Counted from the first letter of the stretch, positions 1 to 10,857 are shown. The stretch: DNA of 64,000 nucleotides from an uncultured Bacteroidales bacterium (GCA_934699095.1 CAKUVI010000003.1:67785-131784), one strand, 5' to 3'. Translations and numbers: made by a program. Notes: generated from the sequence alone by a model not told the origin.

Positions 1-1
1 C

Positions 2-781
2 AGCAGCGATGCCAACGAGAGCTCGCGACTCACCCAAACTCAGCGTCTGATGAACAAAATATCCCAATTAGGAGATCCGGGATACTACGTTTTTTCGGGC
101 GATTTTAATTTTACATCTCACGAAGAGCCTGGCTATCAGGAGCTTGTGGAATATTCCAATAGTCTTTACCGTTTTTATGACCCAGTTAACAGTCCGGGAT
201 ACTGGCACAACAATTATCAGTTTGCAAATCTGCACACTCAGTCAACGAGGACCTATTCTGACGGATGTTTTGTGACAGGCGGGTTAGACGACAGGTTTGA
301 TTTCATCCTTGTTTCGCCATACATTTATTACGGTAGTGGCAAAGTGCACATAGTTCCCGATTCTTACCGTGCCTTAGGACAAGATGGAAACAGATTTAAC
401 GGTTCAATAGTTTCGCCTTCCAACAATTCCGTCCCGGCCGACATCGCCACAGCGCTTTACAACCAGTCAGACCATCTGCCTGTGATTATGGACATGGCCA
501 TAGATGCCACAGTTGGAATAAAAGAGTTGACTCGGAATTTTTACATGAATGTCGTGAATCCTGCAGGCGGTAGTCTAAAAATCGAGTTGCAAAACGATGA
601 GTCGGCAGACTACACTTTTGAGGTCTATTCTATTGATGGCAGGCTGTTGATGAGGCAAGAAGAGTCGTTAGAACATGGGATTCACAATCTGGATTTCGGT
701 TTTAACTATGGCAAAGGCATATATCTTCTTGTGGTAAAAAACGATAAAGGAGGTCAGATGGTAAGAAAAATAATCAAATAA
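2..781 (+). CDS. Endonuclease/exonuclease/phosphatase-fold secreted protein, 5'-partial (runs off the window start), with a T9SS C-terminal sorting domain
   Basis: The frame is open from nt 2. It has the EEP-like motifs SGDFNF, DRFDFILVS and SDHLPV. The last ~80 aa (NVVNPAGGSLKIEL...GIYLLVVKNDKGGQMVRKIIK) resemble a Por/T9SS CTD. Confidence 0.6.
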   Translation, partial: SSDANESSRLTQTQRLMNKISQLGDPGYYVFSGDFNFTSHEEPGYQELVEYSNSLYRFYDPVNSPGYWHNNYQFANLHTQSTRTYSDGCFVTGGLDDRFDFILVSPYIYYGSGKVHIVPDSYRALGQDGNRFNGSIVSPSNNSVPADIATALYNQSDHLPVIMDMAIDATVGIKELTRNFYMNVVNPAGGSLKIELQNDESADYTFEVYSIDGRLLMRQEESLEHGIHNLDFGFNYGKGIYLLVVKNDKGGQMVRKIIK

Positions 782-800
782 GCTAACAACATTTCATAAT

Positions 801-1568
801 ATGAAGATAACTATAATAATTCCATGTTATAACGAAGCCAAGAGGTTGCCTTCGGAAGATTTCAGGCGTTTTTTCGATGCTCATCCTGAAATCTCCTTTG
901 TGATGGCCAATGATGGCAGCAAAGACAACACCTTGGAGGTGCTTCACAACTTGTCGGAGGGTTATCCGCAGGTAGAGGTTTATGACGGAGGGGTGAATAG
1001 AGGCAAGGCGCACATTGTGCAAGCCGCGGCGAAACACACGTTAGAGACCACTGACGCAGACTATATCGGTTTCTTTGACGCGGATTTGGCTACTCCGTTG
1101 GAGGAGATTCTCAGTTTCAAGGCTGTGATGGAGCGCAAGGGCGACCTCCTGCTGATATGCGGCTCGCGTGTGCAACGGCTGGGCAGCAATATCCGCAGAA
1201 AATGGTACCGCCACTATTTCGGACGGATGTTCGCCACGGCCGTATCAAATATCCTCTGCCTGCCCGTTTACGATACACAATGCGGAGCCAAAATTCTGAG
1301 CCGAGACGCTGTTAACGCTGTCATAAACGAGCCCTTCATCAGCAAATGGTTCTTCGATGTGGAGATATTCGCACGCATCATAACAAAATTCGGCTATGAC
1401 GCCTGCATCAACAGATGTTTTGAATACCCTCTGGATATATGGGTGGAAAAAGGAGACACTCGTCTGACAACAAATGATTTCCTCCGCACTCCCATCGAAC
1501 TCATGAAACTTAGTCGTAAATATCACAAATCAACAAAACTCGAATTTAAAAAATCAACAAATATTTAA
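801..1568 (+). CDS. Family 2 glycosyltransferase (dolichyl-phosphate glucosyltransferase-like)
   Basis: N-terminus MKITIIIPCYNEAKRLP, plus NDGSKDNT and FFDADLATP (DxD), which are typical of GT2. Confidence 0.8.
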   Translation: MKITIIIPCYNEAKRLPSEDFRRFFDAHPEISFVMANDGSKDNTLEVLHNLSEGYPQVEVYDGGVNRGKAHIVQAAAKHTLETTDADYIGFFDADLATPLEEILSFKAVMERKGDLLLICGSRVQRLGSNIRRKWYRHYFGRMFATAVSNILCLPVYDTQCGAKILSRDAVNAVINEPFISKWFFDVEIFARIITKFGYDACINRCFEYPLDIWVEKGDTRLTTNDFLRTPIELMKLSRKYHKSTKLEFKKSTNI

Positions 1569-1571
1569 TCT

Positions 1572-2495
1572 ATGGAAAAAATCGTCGTTTCCTTATTATT
1601 TATTCTACCGTGTTTATTTCTCAACTCTCAAAATGTGAAGAATGTTCCTATTATTGCAGACTGGTCGGTGGGAGACAAGTTCGCTTTTGATGTGCAAAAC
1701 TCGAAAACATCCAAGGGAACCACGAAAAATGTGAACTATGAGTGTTTTATCACCGTTGTGGATTCCACAGCCGATGAATACAAGCTTCTGTTTTCATACA
1801 AAGGGATGCAGAATGAACTGTTTTCTGACGACACCATCTTTGATAATGTCGATTTCAGCAAATTTGACTTTGAGAGCATCAACAACATATACTATTACAC
1901 CAACAATGTAGGCGAATTTTTAAGGATAGACAATTGGGAATATTTGCTCGACAAATCCATAGAAATTGCCGAGTCAATCCTAAAATCCACCGGATTGGAC
2001 ACAGCAATCATCTCAACATCATTGGCTTTTGTACGATTGCAATACAACAGTGAGGAGAGTGTGTCAGGATTATACGATGAAATCCAGATCATACACAACC
2101 TTTTGGGCAGGCAGGTGTCGGCAAAACCAGTGAAGAAAAAAACCACCTTGCCCACAGTCGTTGGCAGCATGCCCGCCACGGTGACTGCCACTTTGGAGGA
2201 CTATAACAGTGAGACAAAGTATTGTCGTGCCCAAATTGCCACAACCATCAACGACAAGGCTATGAAGAACTATCTCAAGAAGTTCTTCAAAAACATGGGA
2301 TATCCGATTCCCGCCGATGTGCTCAACAGCATGAAAATAGAGTCATTCGACAATACGACATCTGAATACATTGCTAACACGGGCGTGCCGCTTCGTTTTG
2401 AAAAGATTTCCGGAGCAAAAGTGTCAGGACTTGGTCAGTACGAAGAAAATATCAACAGAAAGGTCATCACTAACAAAAAATTCAAGAAAGCTTAG
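1572..2495 (+). CDS. Hypothetical secreted protein
   Basis: A 307-aa ORF with an N-terminal signal-like hydrophobic segment. It follows the GT2 gene tightly. No recognisable motif. Confidence 0.55.
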   Translation: MEKIVVSLLFILPCLFLNSQNVKNVPIIADWSVGDKFAFDVQNSKTSKGTTKNVNYECFITVVDSTADEYKLLFSYKGMQNELFSDDTIFDNVDFSKFDFESINNIYYYTNNVGEFLRIDNWEYLLDKSIEIAESILKSTGLDTAIISTSLAFVRLQYNSEESVSGLYDEIQIIHNLLGRQVSAKPVKKKTTLPTVVGSMPATVTATLEDYNSETKYCRAQIATTINDKAMKNYLKKFFKNMGYPIPADVLNSMKIESFDNTTSEYIANTGVPLRFEKISGAKVSGLGQYEENINRKVITNKKFKKA

Positions 2496-2609
2496 GTTTT
2501 CTGCGCACATCGAGTTTATATTTACAGTTGTTTTTTTTAACATTTCTTCGTTTCTGAAGTTATGCAATGGCTGTTGGTTTTTTTTGAGGGGCCGCAATTA
2601 TAAAAATTA

Positions 2610-2617
2610 TATATTTG
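2610..2617 (+). promoter_or_regulatory. Bacteroidetes-type -7 promoter box (TATATTTG)
   Basis: Matches TAnnTTTG about 50 nt upstream of the ATG at 2666. Confidence 0.4.
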
Positions 2618-2665
2618 CGCTTTGAAATTAATAATTATTTGTCCAACAATTATAATTTTAGAAAA

Positions 2666-3052
2666 ATGAGTGAAGTTGTTGTAAACCGTTATTCAGAGGA
2701 AGAATTGGAAGAATTCAGAATCTTGATTGAGAAGAAGATCGACGAAGCTAAAAAGAATCTTGAGGTGTACCAGGACGCATACAGCGGGACTGGTAACGAC
2801 ACTAAGGACACAGCTCCAACTTTCAAGAATTTGGAAGAGGGCAACCAGGTTCTCTCTAAAGAGGAAAACGGACGTCTGATGCAACGTCTTCAGAAGCACA
2901 TAGCCAATTTGGAGGCTGCCTTGGTTAGAATCGAAAACGGAACCTACGGAGTTGACCGTATCACAGGCAAACTGATTCCGAAGGAGCGCCTCAGAATCGT
3001 TCCTCATGCTACATTGGATATTGATACTAAACTACAGGAAAAGAAGAAATAA
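2666..3052 (+). CDS. DksA/TraR-family-like protein (cysteine-less Bacteroidetes type)
   Basis: Coiled-coil N-terminal part and a C-terminal IENGTYGVDRITGKLIPKERLRIVPHA resembling the DksA finger region without Cys. It sits just upstream of lspA. Start taken at the internal ATG (MSEVVVNRY). Confidence 0.55.
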   Translation: MSEVVVNRYSEEELEEFRILIEKKIDEAKKNLEVYQDAYSGTGNDTKDTAPTFKNLEEGNQVLSKEENGRLMQRLQKHIANLEAALVRIENGTYGVDRITGKLIPKERLRIVPHATLDIDTKLQEKKK

Positions 3053-3091
3053 CGGAATCTTTTTTCAAATTATCAACACTCGGGTTCCGTT

Positions 3092-3757
3092 ATGGACAAC
3101 AAAAAAAAGAGATACACAATAATATTTTTTGTCGCAATTTTTGCACTTCTTTTCATTGACCAGCTTCTAAAGCTTTGGGTCAAGACACACATGGCCTTAG
3201 GTCAGACCATCCCTTTGTTGGGCAGTTGGTGTAATCTGCACTTTGTTGAGAACGAAGGCATGGCTTTTGGCATAAGTTTTGGGCAGCAGATAGGCAAGTT
3301 AATACTCTCTATAGTGCGTATTCTGTTAGTCGTCACGCTGATTTGGTATTTTTTCAACCGGTTGAAACGCGAGAAGATGGACGGCGTTGTGCTTTCCATT
3401 TTCTGTCTGGTTGTGGCCGGCGCGATCGGGAATATCATAGACAGCATGTTCTATGGTCTGTGTTTCACGGAAAGCAACTTTTTCCAGGTAGCCCAGTGGT
3501 CGCCTGGACATGGATATGCTCCTTTTTTCTTCGGGAAGGTGGTGGATATGTTCTATCTTAAGCTCTTCTTTATTCCTGAGAAATTCCCCGTTTGGGGCGG
3601 TTCATACTTCTTTCCTGCCATCTTCAACTTCGCTGATTCCTGCATTACAGTCGGAATCTTCATGGCTTTGATTTTCAACAAGAGGATTTTCAAGGATTTT
3701 GACAAGGAAGAAATTGAAGAAAAAGCTGAAATTACGGAAAATTCAAACAATAATTAA
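3092..3757 (+). CDS. lspA: Lipoprotein signal peptidase (signal peptidase II)
   Basis: Multi-TM protein with VENEGMAFGISFG and IFNFADSCITVG, the two Asp-containing LspA boxes. Confidence 0.85.
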   Translation: MDNKKKRYTIIFFVAIFALLFIDQLLKLWVKTHMALGQTIPLLGSWCNLHFVENEGMAFGISFGQQIGKLILSIVRILLVVTLIWYFFNRLKREKMDGVVLSIFCLVVAGAIGNIIDSMFYGLCFTESNFFQVAQWSPGHGYAPFFFGKVVDMFYLKLFFIPEKFPVWGGSYFFPAIFNFADSCITVGIFMALIFNKRIFKDFDKEEIEEKAEITENSNNN

Positions 3758-3768
3758 AAAACAATATC

Positions 3769-5928
3769 ATGAAATTATTATCATTTTTGAAAAAACAGTT
3801 GCTACTGATAGCAATTTTAGCGTTATCCGCTCCGGTTTTCGCGGTGAATCCGCCAGATGAGGGCATGTGGTTGCCAATGTTCATCAAAAACTACAACTAT
3901 GCACAGATGCAGAAGATGGGGTTGCAGTTGACAGCTGAACAATTGTACGACATCAACCATTCTTCCCTCAAGGATGCAATCGTGCAACTTGGCGACGGTT
4001 TCTGCACCGGTGAGATGGTTTCACGCGACGGACTTATGTTCACAAACCACCACTGCGGTTACTCTTCTGTCGTTGAACTCTCAACAGTTGAGCACGACTA
4101 TCTCAACAACGGCTTCTTCGCTATGAGCAGAGAAGAGGAGCTCCCTGTAAACTTCCATGTTCATTTCCTTGAAAGAATGGAAGATGTAACAGAGATTGTG
4201 CTTGCAAAAGTTGACAGCAAGACATCTGAATCCGACCGTCAGAAATACATTGACGAGGCGATTAAGAACCTCAGAAAAGAAAATTCAGCCAACGGCCGTT
4301 ACAAAGTTGTTGTAAAACCTTTCTACGAAGGCAACGAATACTACATGTTCATTTATACAATGTATGAGGATGTGCGCCTTGTTGTGGCTCCACCGAGTTC
4401 AATAGGCAAGTTCGGCGGCGACACCGACAACTGGATGTGGCCACGCCACACCGGCGACTTCACCGTATTCCGCATCTACACCGCTCCTGACGGTTCTCCT
4501 GCGAAATACTCAAAGGACAATGTGCCGATGCACCCGAAACACTTCCTGCCAATCAGCTTGAAAGGCTACCAGCCTGGCGATTATACCATGATTTGGGGCT
4601 ACCCTGGCACTACAAACCGCTTCATGACCTCATACGAGGTTCAGAACGAGATTGACATCAACGCCCCGGCCATCTATGAACCACTTGATGCAATCCTTCC
4701 TGTTATCTACGAAGCAATGGAATCTTCACAAAAAATCAACCTTCAATACGCCGACAAACACGCAAGCCTCGCCAACTATTGGAAAAATCAGCATGGTGAA
4801 GTCGAGAGCTTGAAAGCGCTCAAGGTTGTTGAATCAAAAGCGAAAGAGGAAGAAGCTTTGAAAAAATGGATCAACGCAACCGCTTCAAGAAAGGAAAAAT
4901 ATGGTGATTGCCTGAGCGAAATCGAAAAAATATGCAAAAACACTGATGGTGCAAAATACAAATCAGCAATCAATGCAAACCTCCTTTTCTCAGCATCTTC
5001 CACAATGTTGGCTACACTTCGCCTCCAATCACAGGTGTCTCTCAAGAAAGGAGAAAAGAAATTTGATGACAAAACTGTCGAAAAACTTCTCAAAGCATTC
5101 GACAACTATAACAATGACACAGATCCTGCAACTGAGGCAAAAATCATAGTTGCATCTCTCAAGACTTGGAACAAGCACAGCGAAGCCAATCGTCCTGACC
5201 TCACCTTCTTCACAAAGAACTTCAAAGGCAACTACGAGACTTTTGAAAAGGCATTACTCAACTCTATTTTCATCAGCAGAGACAACTTCGAGAAATTTGT
5301 AAAAGCCCCTTCAAACAAGGTTTTGGAAAAAGACGCCGCTTACCAATATTGTCAGGCTGTGTTCAAATATGCAATGATGAACTCTTCAGTTTTCAATGAT
5401 CAAGACAAATTGGAAGTTCCTCGTCGTAAATTCATTGCCGCTATCAAGGAAATGAAAGCTTCCACACCTATCTATCCTGATGCTAACAGCACAATGCGTA
5501 CCACATTCGGCACTGTTTGCGATTACTATCCTGCAGATGGTGTTCACTACAACTATTTCACAACTACAACAGGTATCCTTGAAAAAGAAAAACCGGGAGA
5601 TTTTGAATTTGACGTTCCAGCAAGACTCAAACAACTCATCCAGAACAAGGATTTCGGTCAATATCTTGACAAGGACGGCACAATGCACGTATGTTTCTTG
5701 TCAAACAACGACATCACCGGCGGTAACTCAGGCAGCCCGATTATGAATGCAAACGGCGAGCTTATAGGCTTGGCATTTGACGGCAACTGGGAGGCTTTGA
5801 GCAGCGATATCGTGTTCAACACCGAACTGCAACGCTGTATCAATGTTGACGTGCGTTATGTGATGTTCATCATCGACAAGTTCGGCGGTGCCGGATATTT
5901 GATGAACGAAATGGATATCAGAAAATAG
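3769..5928 (+). CDS. S46 family dipeptidyl-peptidase (DPP7/DPP11-like)
   Basis: Signal peptide, then NPPDEGMWLP, TNHHCGY (His) and ITGGNSGSP (Ser). Length 719 aa. Confidence 0.85.
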   Translation: MKLLSFLKKQLLLIAILALSAPVFAVNPPDEGMWLPMFIKNYNYAQMQKMGLQLTAEQLYDINHSSLKDAIVQLGDGFCTGEMVSRDGLMFTNHHCGYSSVVELSTVEHDYLNNGFFAMSREEELPVNFHVHFLERMEDVTEIVLAKVDSKTSESDRQKYIDEAIKNLRKENSANGRYKVVVKPFYEGNEYYMFIYTMYEDVRLVVAPPSSIGKFGGDTDNWMWPRHTGDFTVFRIYTAPDGSPAKYSKDNVPMHPKHFLPISLKGYQPGDYTMIWGYPGTTNRFMTSYEVQNEIDINAPAIYEPLDAILPVIYEAMESSQKINLQYADKHASLANYWKNQHGEVESLKALKVVESKAKEEEALKKWINATASRKEKYGDCLSEIEKICKNTDGAKYKSAINANLLFSASSTMLATLRLQSQVSLKKGEKKFDDKTVEKLLKAFDNYNNDTDPATEAKIIVASLKTWNKHSEANRPDLTFFTKNFKGNYETFEKALLNSIFISRDNFEKFVKAPSNKVLEKDAAYQYCQAVFKYAMMNSSVFNDQDKLEVPRRKFIAAIKEMKASTPIYPDANSTMRTTFGTVCDYYPADGVHYNYFTTTTGILEKEKPGDFEFDVPARLKQLIQNKDFGQYLDKDGTMHVCFLSNNDITGGNSGSPIMNANGELIGLAFDGNWEALSSDIVFNTELQRCINVDVRYVMFIIDKFGGAGYLMNEMDIRK

Positions 5929-5955
5929 TCGATAATCAACATATTGTCGTGAAAA

Positions 5956-5986
5956 GGAGAGATGCAGTGCATCTCTCCTTTTTTTG
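5956..5986 (+). terminator. Rho-independent terminator after the S46 peptidase gene
   Basis: GGAGAGATGCA-GTG-CATCTCTCC stem followed by a T7 run. Confidence 0.65.
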
Positions 5987-6116
5987 TTTCTCATCTTGAA
6001 TCTTTTTCAGGTTAACCAATTTCAAGACAAGACAGACACCGAAAAACCTAAAATATTGTACTCGGAAAAATAGTATTTTTGCGGACAATTATAGCATTAA
6101 ACAGAAGAACACACAT

Positions 6117-6674
6117 ATGCAAGAGAAGGATGAAAAAAATGTCCCGTCAGGGAAGGATTATGTAGGAAGCGATGAGCTCTACGCAGGTGTGCAGAACACA
6201 ATGCGTTTGGCAGCCGAGATGAACACAGGCTATCACACGGAGGCAGAGGTCCGTGACTATTTGCGGAAAATCACAGATTCGAACATAGACGATACAGTGC
6301 GAATATTCACCCCGTTCAACATAAACTATGGTTTGAAGACTACCTTCGGGCGTGATTCGTTCGTGAATTTCGGGTGCACGTTTCTCGCCATCGGTGGGAT
6401 CACGATTGAAGATGACGTTTTCATCGGACCGCACTGCGTTTTAGCTACCGAATACCATCCTGAGGACCCTTCCTCACGTCATTCGCTACTCACCAAGCCG
6501 ATTGTTGTGAAGCGGAATGCCTGGTTGGGTGCCAATGTAACTGTTCTTGCAGGAGTGACGATCGGAGAGAATGCAATTGTGGCGGCCGGATCAGTCGTTA
6601 CTAAAGATGTACCCGACAATATGGTGGTGGCAGGCACCCCGGCACGCATAATCAGGGAAATAAACAAACAATAA
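6117..6674 (+). CDS. Sugar (maltose/galactoside-type) O-acetyltransferase, hexapeptide repeat
   Basis: Left-handed beta-helix hexapeptide repeats (NAWLGANVTVLAGVTIGENAIVAAGSVVTKDVPDNMVVAGTPARII). Confidence 0.8.
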   Translation: MQEKDEKNVPSGKDYVGSDELYAGVQNTMRLAAEMNTGYHTEAEVRDYLRKITDSNIDDTVRIFTPFNINYGLKTTFGRDSFVNFGCTFLAIGGITIEDDVFIGPHCVLATEYHPEDPSSRHSLLTKPIVVKRNAWLGANVTVLAGVTIGENAIVAAGSVVTKDVPDNMVVAGTPARIIREINKQ

Positions 6675-6677
6675 TTG

Positions 6678-7424
6678 ATGTTTATGAAGAGAATAATCAT
6701 AATGTTGGCAGCACTTACCGCCACCGGCTTCACAGCTTGTGGCCAAAAAACGTATGAAACAGACACTTTTGCTACTAAATCCGGAAAATCAGTCAAAATC
6801 CACGCCTTGATGCACTCCAGCATTCGCATTGAGTTTGAAGGTATGGAGATTGAGATTGACCCGTGTGCCAAATTGCGCGACCGTTCTGTTGATTACACCG
6901 TTATGCCCAAGGCCGACTTCATTATCGTGACACACGAACACTTCGACCATTATGATGCCGCCACTATCAAATTGTTACACAATGACGACACTAAACTCGT
7001 TATGAACAAACGTTGTGTTGAGATGTTCGGCGGCGGCACTGCTATGGCCAATGGCGACCGTCTGCAATTAACGGATGACATTGTCATTGAGGCTGTGCCG
7101 GCATATAACACCACCGAGGGGCACCTGCAATTTCATCCCAAAGGTCGCGACAATGGCTATATTCTCACGCTTGACGGACTGCGCATATACATAGCAGGTG
7201 ACACTGAAGACATTCCCGAGATGGCTGACATTAAGGATATTGACATAGCCTTTCTGCCGTGTAACCAACCATTCACAATGACCCCCGAACAGTTGGTGCG
7301 CGCAGCCAAGATTATCAAACCTAAGGTTTTATTCCCATATCACTATGGTGAAACCGATGTGAATGGGATCCCGTCTGCGTTGCAGAATGACGGTGTAGAT
7401 GTCAGAATCAGACACTACGAATAA
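6678..7424 (+). CDS. MBL-fold metallo-hydrolase, probable lipoprotein
   Basis: Lipobox-like LTATGFTAC, then VTHEHFDHYD (HxHxDH). Start taken at the first ATG. Confidence 0.75.
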   Translation: MFMKRIIIMLAALTATGFTACGQKTYETDTFATKSGKSVKIHALMHSSIRIEFEGMEIEIDPCAKLRDRSVDYTVMPKADFIIVTHEHFDHYDAATIKLLHNDDTKLVMNKRCVEMFGGGTAMANGDRLQLTDDIVIEAVPAYNTTEGHLQFHPKGRDNGYILTLDGLRIYIAGDTEDIPEMADIKDIDIAFLPCNQPFTMTPEQLVRAAKIIKPKVLFPYHYGETDVNGIPSALQNDGVDVRIRHYE

Positions 7425-7535
7425 TAATTAAGGCAATTGATTTTCACTGTAAAGAGACTTCGTCTCCTCTTTATTTTCAGCAACAATGTTGCCATTATTT
7501 TAGTACTTTTGCCGCCATCATAGTATTATTGAGAT

Positions 7536-8105
7536 ATGAAAAAATTATTATCGATTTTGATTTCCATTATGATGTTTGGCACTATAATGCTGAAGGCACA
7601 ATCTGAACAGACATCTTTTGAAAAGGGTTTTAGTGTTACTGCCAACTTGTACGCTGGTGCCAATGGATATCTTTTCTGGTCTGATAATGATTTCAATGCC
7701 GGTGGAGGTGTTGGTATGCGCTACGATTTCCATCGTTTTTGGGGCTTTTGTACTGGGCTTAACTATGAAAACATCTTCAAATCAACAAGTTATCTATATC
7801 ACTATATTATCATTCCAGCCGAAATGGAATTTCATCTGAAGCATTTTTACGTGAAAGGGGGACTATTTATTGGTTCTGAAGTTGGCCGGAACACTAACGG
7901 TCCTTCTCGAGAGTTTCTGGTATTTGGCGAATCATTGGGGTTGGGAGGAAGGATAAATCTCACGAAATCGGACTTGTTGACAATAGGTGTAAGGACGAGT
8001 CTTTATTTAGGAGTCATCACAGTAAAAGATAATAGCCAGTTTGACATAAGTCCGGCATCGATGGCGAATGCAGCGGTTGTTGTCGGCTATGAGCATAAAT
8101 TCTAA
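7536..8105 (+). CDS. Small outer-membrane beta-barrel (porin-family) protein
   Basis: Signal peptide, alternating aromatic/Gly-rich strands, C-terminal VVVGYEHKF. Confidence 0.5.
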   Translation: MKKLLSILISIMMFGTIMLKAQSEQTSFEKGFSVTANLYAGANGYLFWSDNDFNAGGGVGMRYDFHRFWGFCTGLNYENIFKSTSYLYHYIIIPAEMEFHLKHFYVKGGLFIGSEVGRNTNGPSREFLVFGESLGLGGRINLTKSDLLTIGVRTSLYLGVITVKDNSQFDISPASMANAAVVVGYEHKF

Positions 8106-8135
8106 TATTCCAATAACGAATTCAATATTATATAC

Positions 8136-8966
8136 ATGAGAGTAATATTAATCACAGGGGGAAGCAGTGGAATAGGATACAACACGGCCAAAGTTCTCGC
8201 ACAAGGGGGTGACAGAGTTTATGCTGCTGCGCGTCGCACCGACAAGATGGAGCCGCTCAGGGAGTTTGGAGTTGAGCCTGTTTCCATGGATGTGACAGAC
8301 GAGACGTCAATGCAGGACGGTGTGTCCATGATTCTTGAAAAAGAGGGGCGGATAGACATTTTGATCAACAATGCAGGATACGGTTATTTCGGGGCCATAG
8401 AGAATGTGGCGCCTGAGGAGGCACGTCGCCAGATAGAGGTCAACGTTTTCGGATTGGCGCGACTTTGTCAATTAGTGCTGCCCATAATGCGCAAGCAACA
8501 TTCCGGTCGAATCATCAACATCTCGTCCATAGCGGGAAAAAGCGTCCTTTTATACGGAGGATGGTACCATGTCTCAAAATATTCAGTGGAAGCCTTCACC
8601 GACGCACTCAGGATGGAGATGAAGCCTTTCGGGATTGACGTTGTAATGATAGAGCCTGGCGCCATAAAGACCAACTGGGGAATCATTGCAGCCGACAACC
8701 TCCAGGAATCTTCAAAGGGCACGGCTTACGAAACCACCGGCAAACAGGTGGCTGACAATATGAGATGGCTTTATGAATCAAATCATATATCTGATCCACA
8801 GATAGTTACAAATGCCATTCGCAAGGCTGTGAACAGTCGTTCGCCGCGTGCGCGCTACCGCATTGGCACTGCCTCGGGAATCACGGTCTTCTTGCACAAT
8901 GTTCTGCCAGCTAAATTGTGGGACAAGCTCATAAGTTTCATTATGACACGTAAAATCAGCAGGTGA
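8136..8966 (+). CDS. SDR family oxidoreductase
   Basis: ITGGSSGIG Rossmann motif, NNAG, and YxxxK (YHVSKYSVEAF). Confidence 0.85.
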   Translation: MRVILITGGSSGIGYNTAKVLAQGGDRVYAAARRTDKMEPLREFGVEPVSMDVTDETSMQDGVSMILEKEGRIDILINNAGYGYFGAIENVAPEEARRQIEVNVFGLARLCQLVLPIMRKQHSGRIINISSIAGKSVLLYGGWYHVSKYSVEAFTDALRMEMKPFGIDVVMIEPGAIKTNWGIIAADNLQESSKGTAYETTGKQVADNMRWLYESNHISDPQIVTNAIRKAVNSRSPRARYRIGTASGITVFLHNVLPAKLWDKLISFIMTRKISR

Positions 8967-8972
8967 TTATCC

Positions 8973-9545
8973 TCACTGTTCGTTTTTCTGTTCTTCCTGT
9001 TTCCTAAGATTCTTTTTCTCAGTGATTTTCTGTATATTGCGGAAGTGATTGGGGGTTATGCCCATCTCCTTCTTGAATGCGGCATGAAAAACCTGACGGT
9101 TGTTATACCCGCACATTTCGCTGATAACCTCCATCTTTTCACGGAAAAAATCGGGATCACTCAAGATATTTATGGATTCCCGAATCCTGTAACTGTTTAA
9201 CAATGATGAGAAATTTTGATGCAGATAAGTGTTTATGACATGTGAAAGCTGCGTTTTGTTTGTGCCAACAGCCTTCGCCACATCATGAATACTCAACTCC
9301 TGCCTTAAATACAGTTTGTCATTTTCCAGAACTTGCTGAAGCAGATTCAGCAGTCTCCTCTCCTGCTCATTCGCTACTTCTTCAGTGATGAAATTGACCG
9401 GAGCCACCAATTTTTTTTCTGGCTCATTCTGGCGCATACTTTTCTGCATCAACTTGCGGTAGGAGCAGCGACTGTGCACAAACAATACCAGAAGCAAAAT
9501 GTTGCAGCAAACCGATAAAATCAGAAATATTTTTAACAAAAACAT
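8973..9545 (-). CDS. AraC-family HTH transcriptional regulator with an N-terminal TM segment
   Basis: C-terminal HTH_18-like region (LSIHDVAKAVGTNKTQLSHVINTY...YNNRQVFHAAFKKEMGITPNHFR). Confidence 0.7.
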   Translation of the reverse strand: MFLLKIFLILSVCCNILLLVLFVHSRCSYRKLMQKSMRQNEPEKKLVAPVNFITEEVANEQERRLLNLLQQVLENDKLYLRQELSIHDVAKAVGTNKTQLSHVINTYLHQNFSSLLNSYRIRESINILSDPDFFREKMEVISEMCGYNNRQVFHAAFKKEMGITPNHFRNIQKITEKKNLRKQEEQKNEQ

Positions 9546-9706
9546 GGCTGCAAAAATATTAAAATTTCAATATTATTACTTAAAAAAGTCGAATTATGAC
9601 AACTTATTAACGAATTATTACAGATTTTCGGATGAATAATGACTAAAAAAGAGTTTTAAATTCATAATTTTGCTCGATTAATTGTTGAAAGGACAAAACA
9701 AGTCAC

Positions 9707-10846
9707 ATGAAAAAACCACTACTTTTTTTACTCTTATTTATTATTTCGCTTTCAATTACTGTCTGTGCGCAGGATACAATAATTAATAAACAAAACAAGA
9801 AATTGATCGAGCAAATAAAGGAACACGTTACGATAGGCGGATGGATTGACGCACAGTATGCATACGAAAGAAACAATGATGCCAACCAAAGCAGTGTGAT
9901 GCAAATACGCAGGGCTCGCCTTGATTTCAAAGGCGGTCTTTCGCATTGGGTTGATTTCGGGTTGCAAGCTGATTTGGCCAACAGTCCTAAATTAATAGAT
10001 GCTTTCGTCAAGGTGAACTTTTGCAAATATGCAAAGTTACAGGTCGGTCAGTTCAAAATACCTTTCTCTATAGAAAACAAATTGTCGCCTTTGGATCTGG
10101 AATTTACCGAGAACGCCCAGATAATCAGTGCTTTGTCTGATTATAAAGATATCACAGGAATAAGTTCATACGCCAATGGCCGCGAAATTGGAATCATGTT
10201 GACGGGCACATTGGCAGAGGCGGAGGTGCGCGGCGAGAAGCTGCCGATTCTAACTTATGGAGTTGGTCTGTTTGGAGGCAATGGTATTAACATCAAGACA
10301 GACAACATGGCAAAGGATATTTCAGCGCGGCTGGAGTTCTGTCCGTTTATTAAAGGATTAAATATCTCTATATCAGAATATTGGGGACGATACAACATGT
10401 TGTATGACAATATTTCCACAGGAATAGACGGCAAGCGTCTTCGTGTGGCATCAGGCATAGAGTATAAAACCAGGCGTTTGGATGTGCGCGGGGAATATCT
10501 GTGGGGAGCCACCGATTTTGCAATCCCTGATCCCGTGTATTCATCAGAATACTACACAAAGACCGTTCATACAGACGGATTCTACATAGTTGGCAGCTAC
10601 TGGTTTGACTTTGGTTGGGGCGAAAACATCCCGATCAGGCAAAGATTGCGCCCAGTCTTGCGATTCGACTATTATAGGTACGACAAAGAAGATGTTACTG
10701 ACAGGGCTTCGTTGTACTATAATGCAGGTGTTGAATGGATTCCGGAAAAACATCTGATCCTGCGACTCAACTATACACTGAAACAGCGATATAATATAGA
10801 CCAGCTCGGTCATAATTTCACAACAATGTTAACCGTAAAATTCTAA
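9707..10846 (+). CDS. Phosphate-selective porin O/P-like outer membrane protein
   Basis: Signal peptide and beta-barrel pattern ending in F, with RRARLDFKG and FKIPFSIEN motifs. It sits directly upstream of pstS. Confidence 0.6.
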   Translation: MKKPLLFLLLFIISLSITVCAQDTIINKQNKKLIEQIKEHVTIGGWIDAQYAYERNNDANQSSVMQIRRARLDFKGGLSHWVDFGLQADLANSPKLIDAFVKVNFCKYAKLQVGQFKIPFSIENKLSPLDLEFTENAQIISALSDYKDITGISSYANGREIGIMLTGTLAEAEVRGEKLPILTYGVGLFGGNGINIKTDNMAKDISARLEFCPFIKGLNISISEYWGRYNMLYDNISTGIDGKRLRVASGIEYKTRRLDVRGEYLWGATDFAIPDPVYSSEYYTKTVHTDGFYIVGSYWFDFGWGENIPIRQRLRPVLRFDYYRYDKEDVTDRASLYYNAGVEWIPEKHLILRLNYTLKQRYNIDQLGHNFTTMLTVKF

Positions 10847-10857
10847 AAAGAGACAGC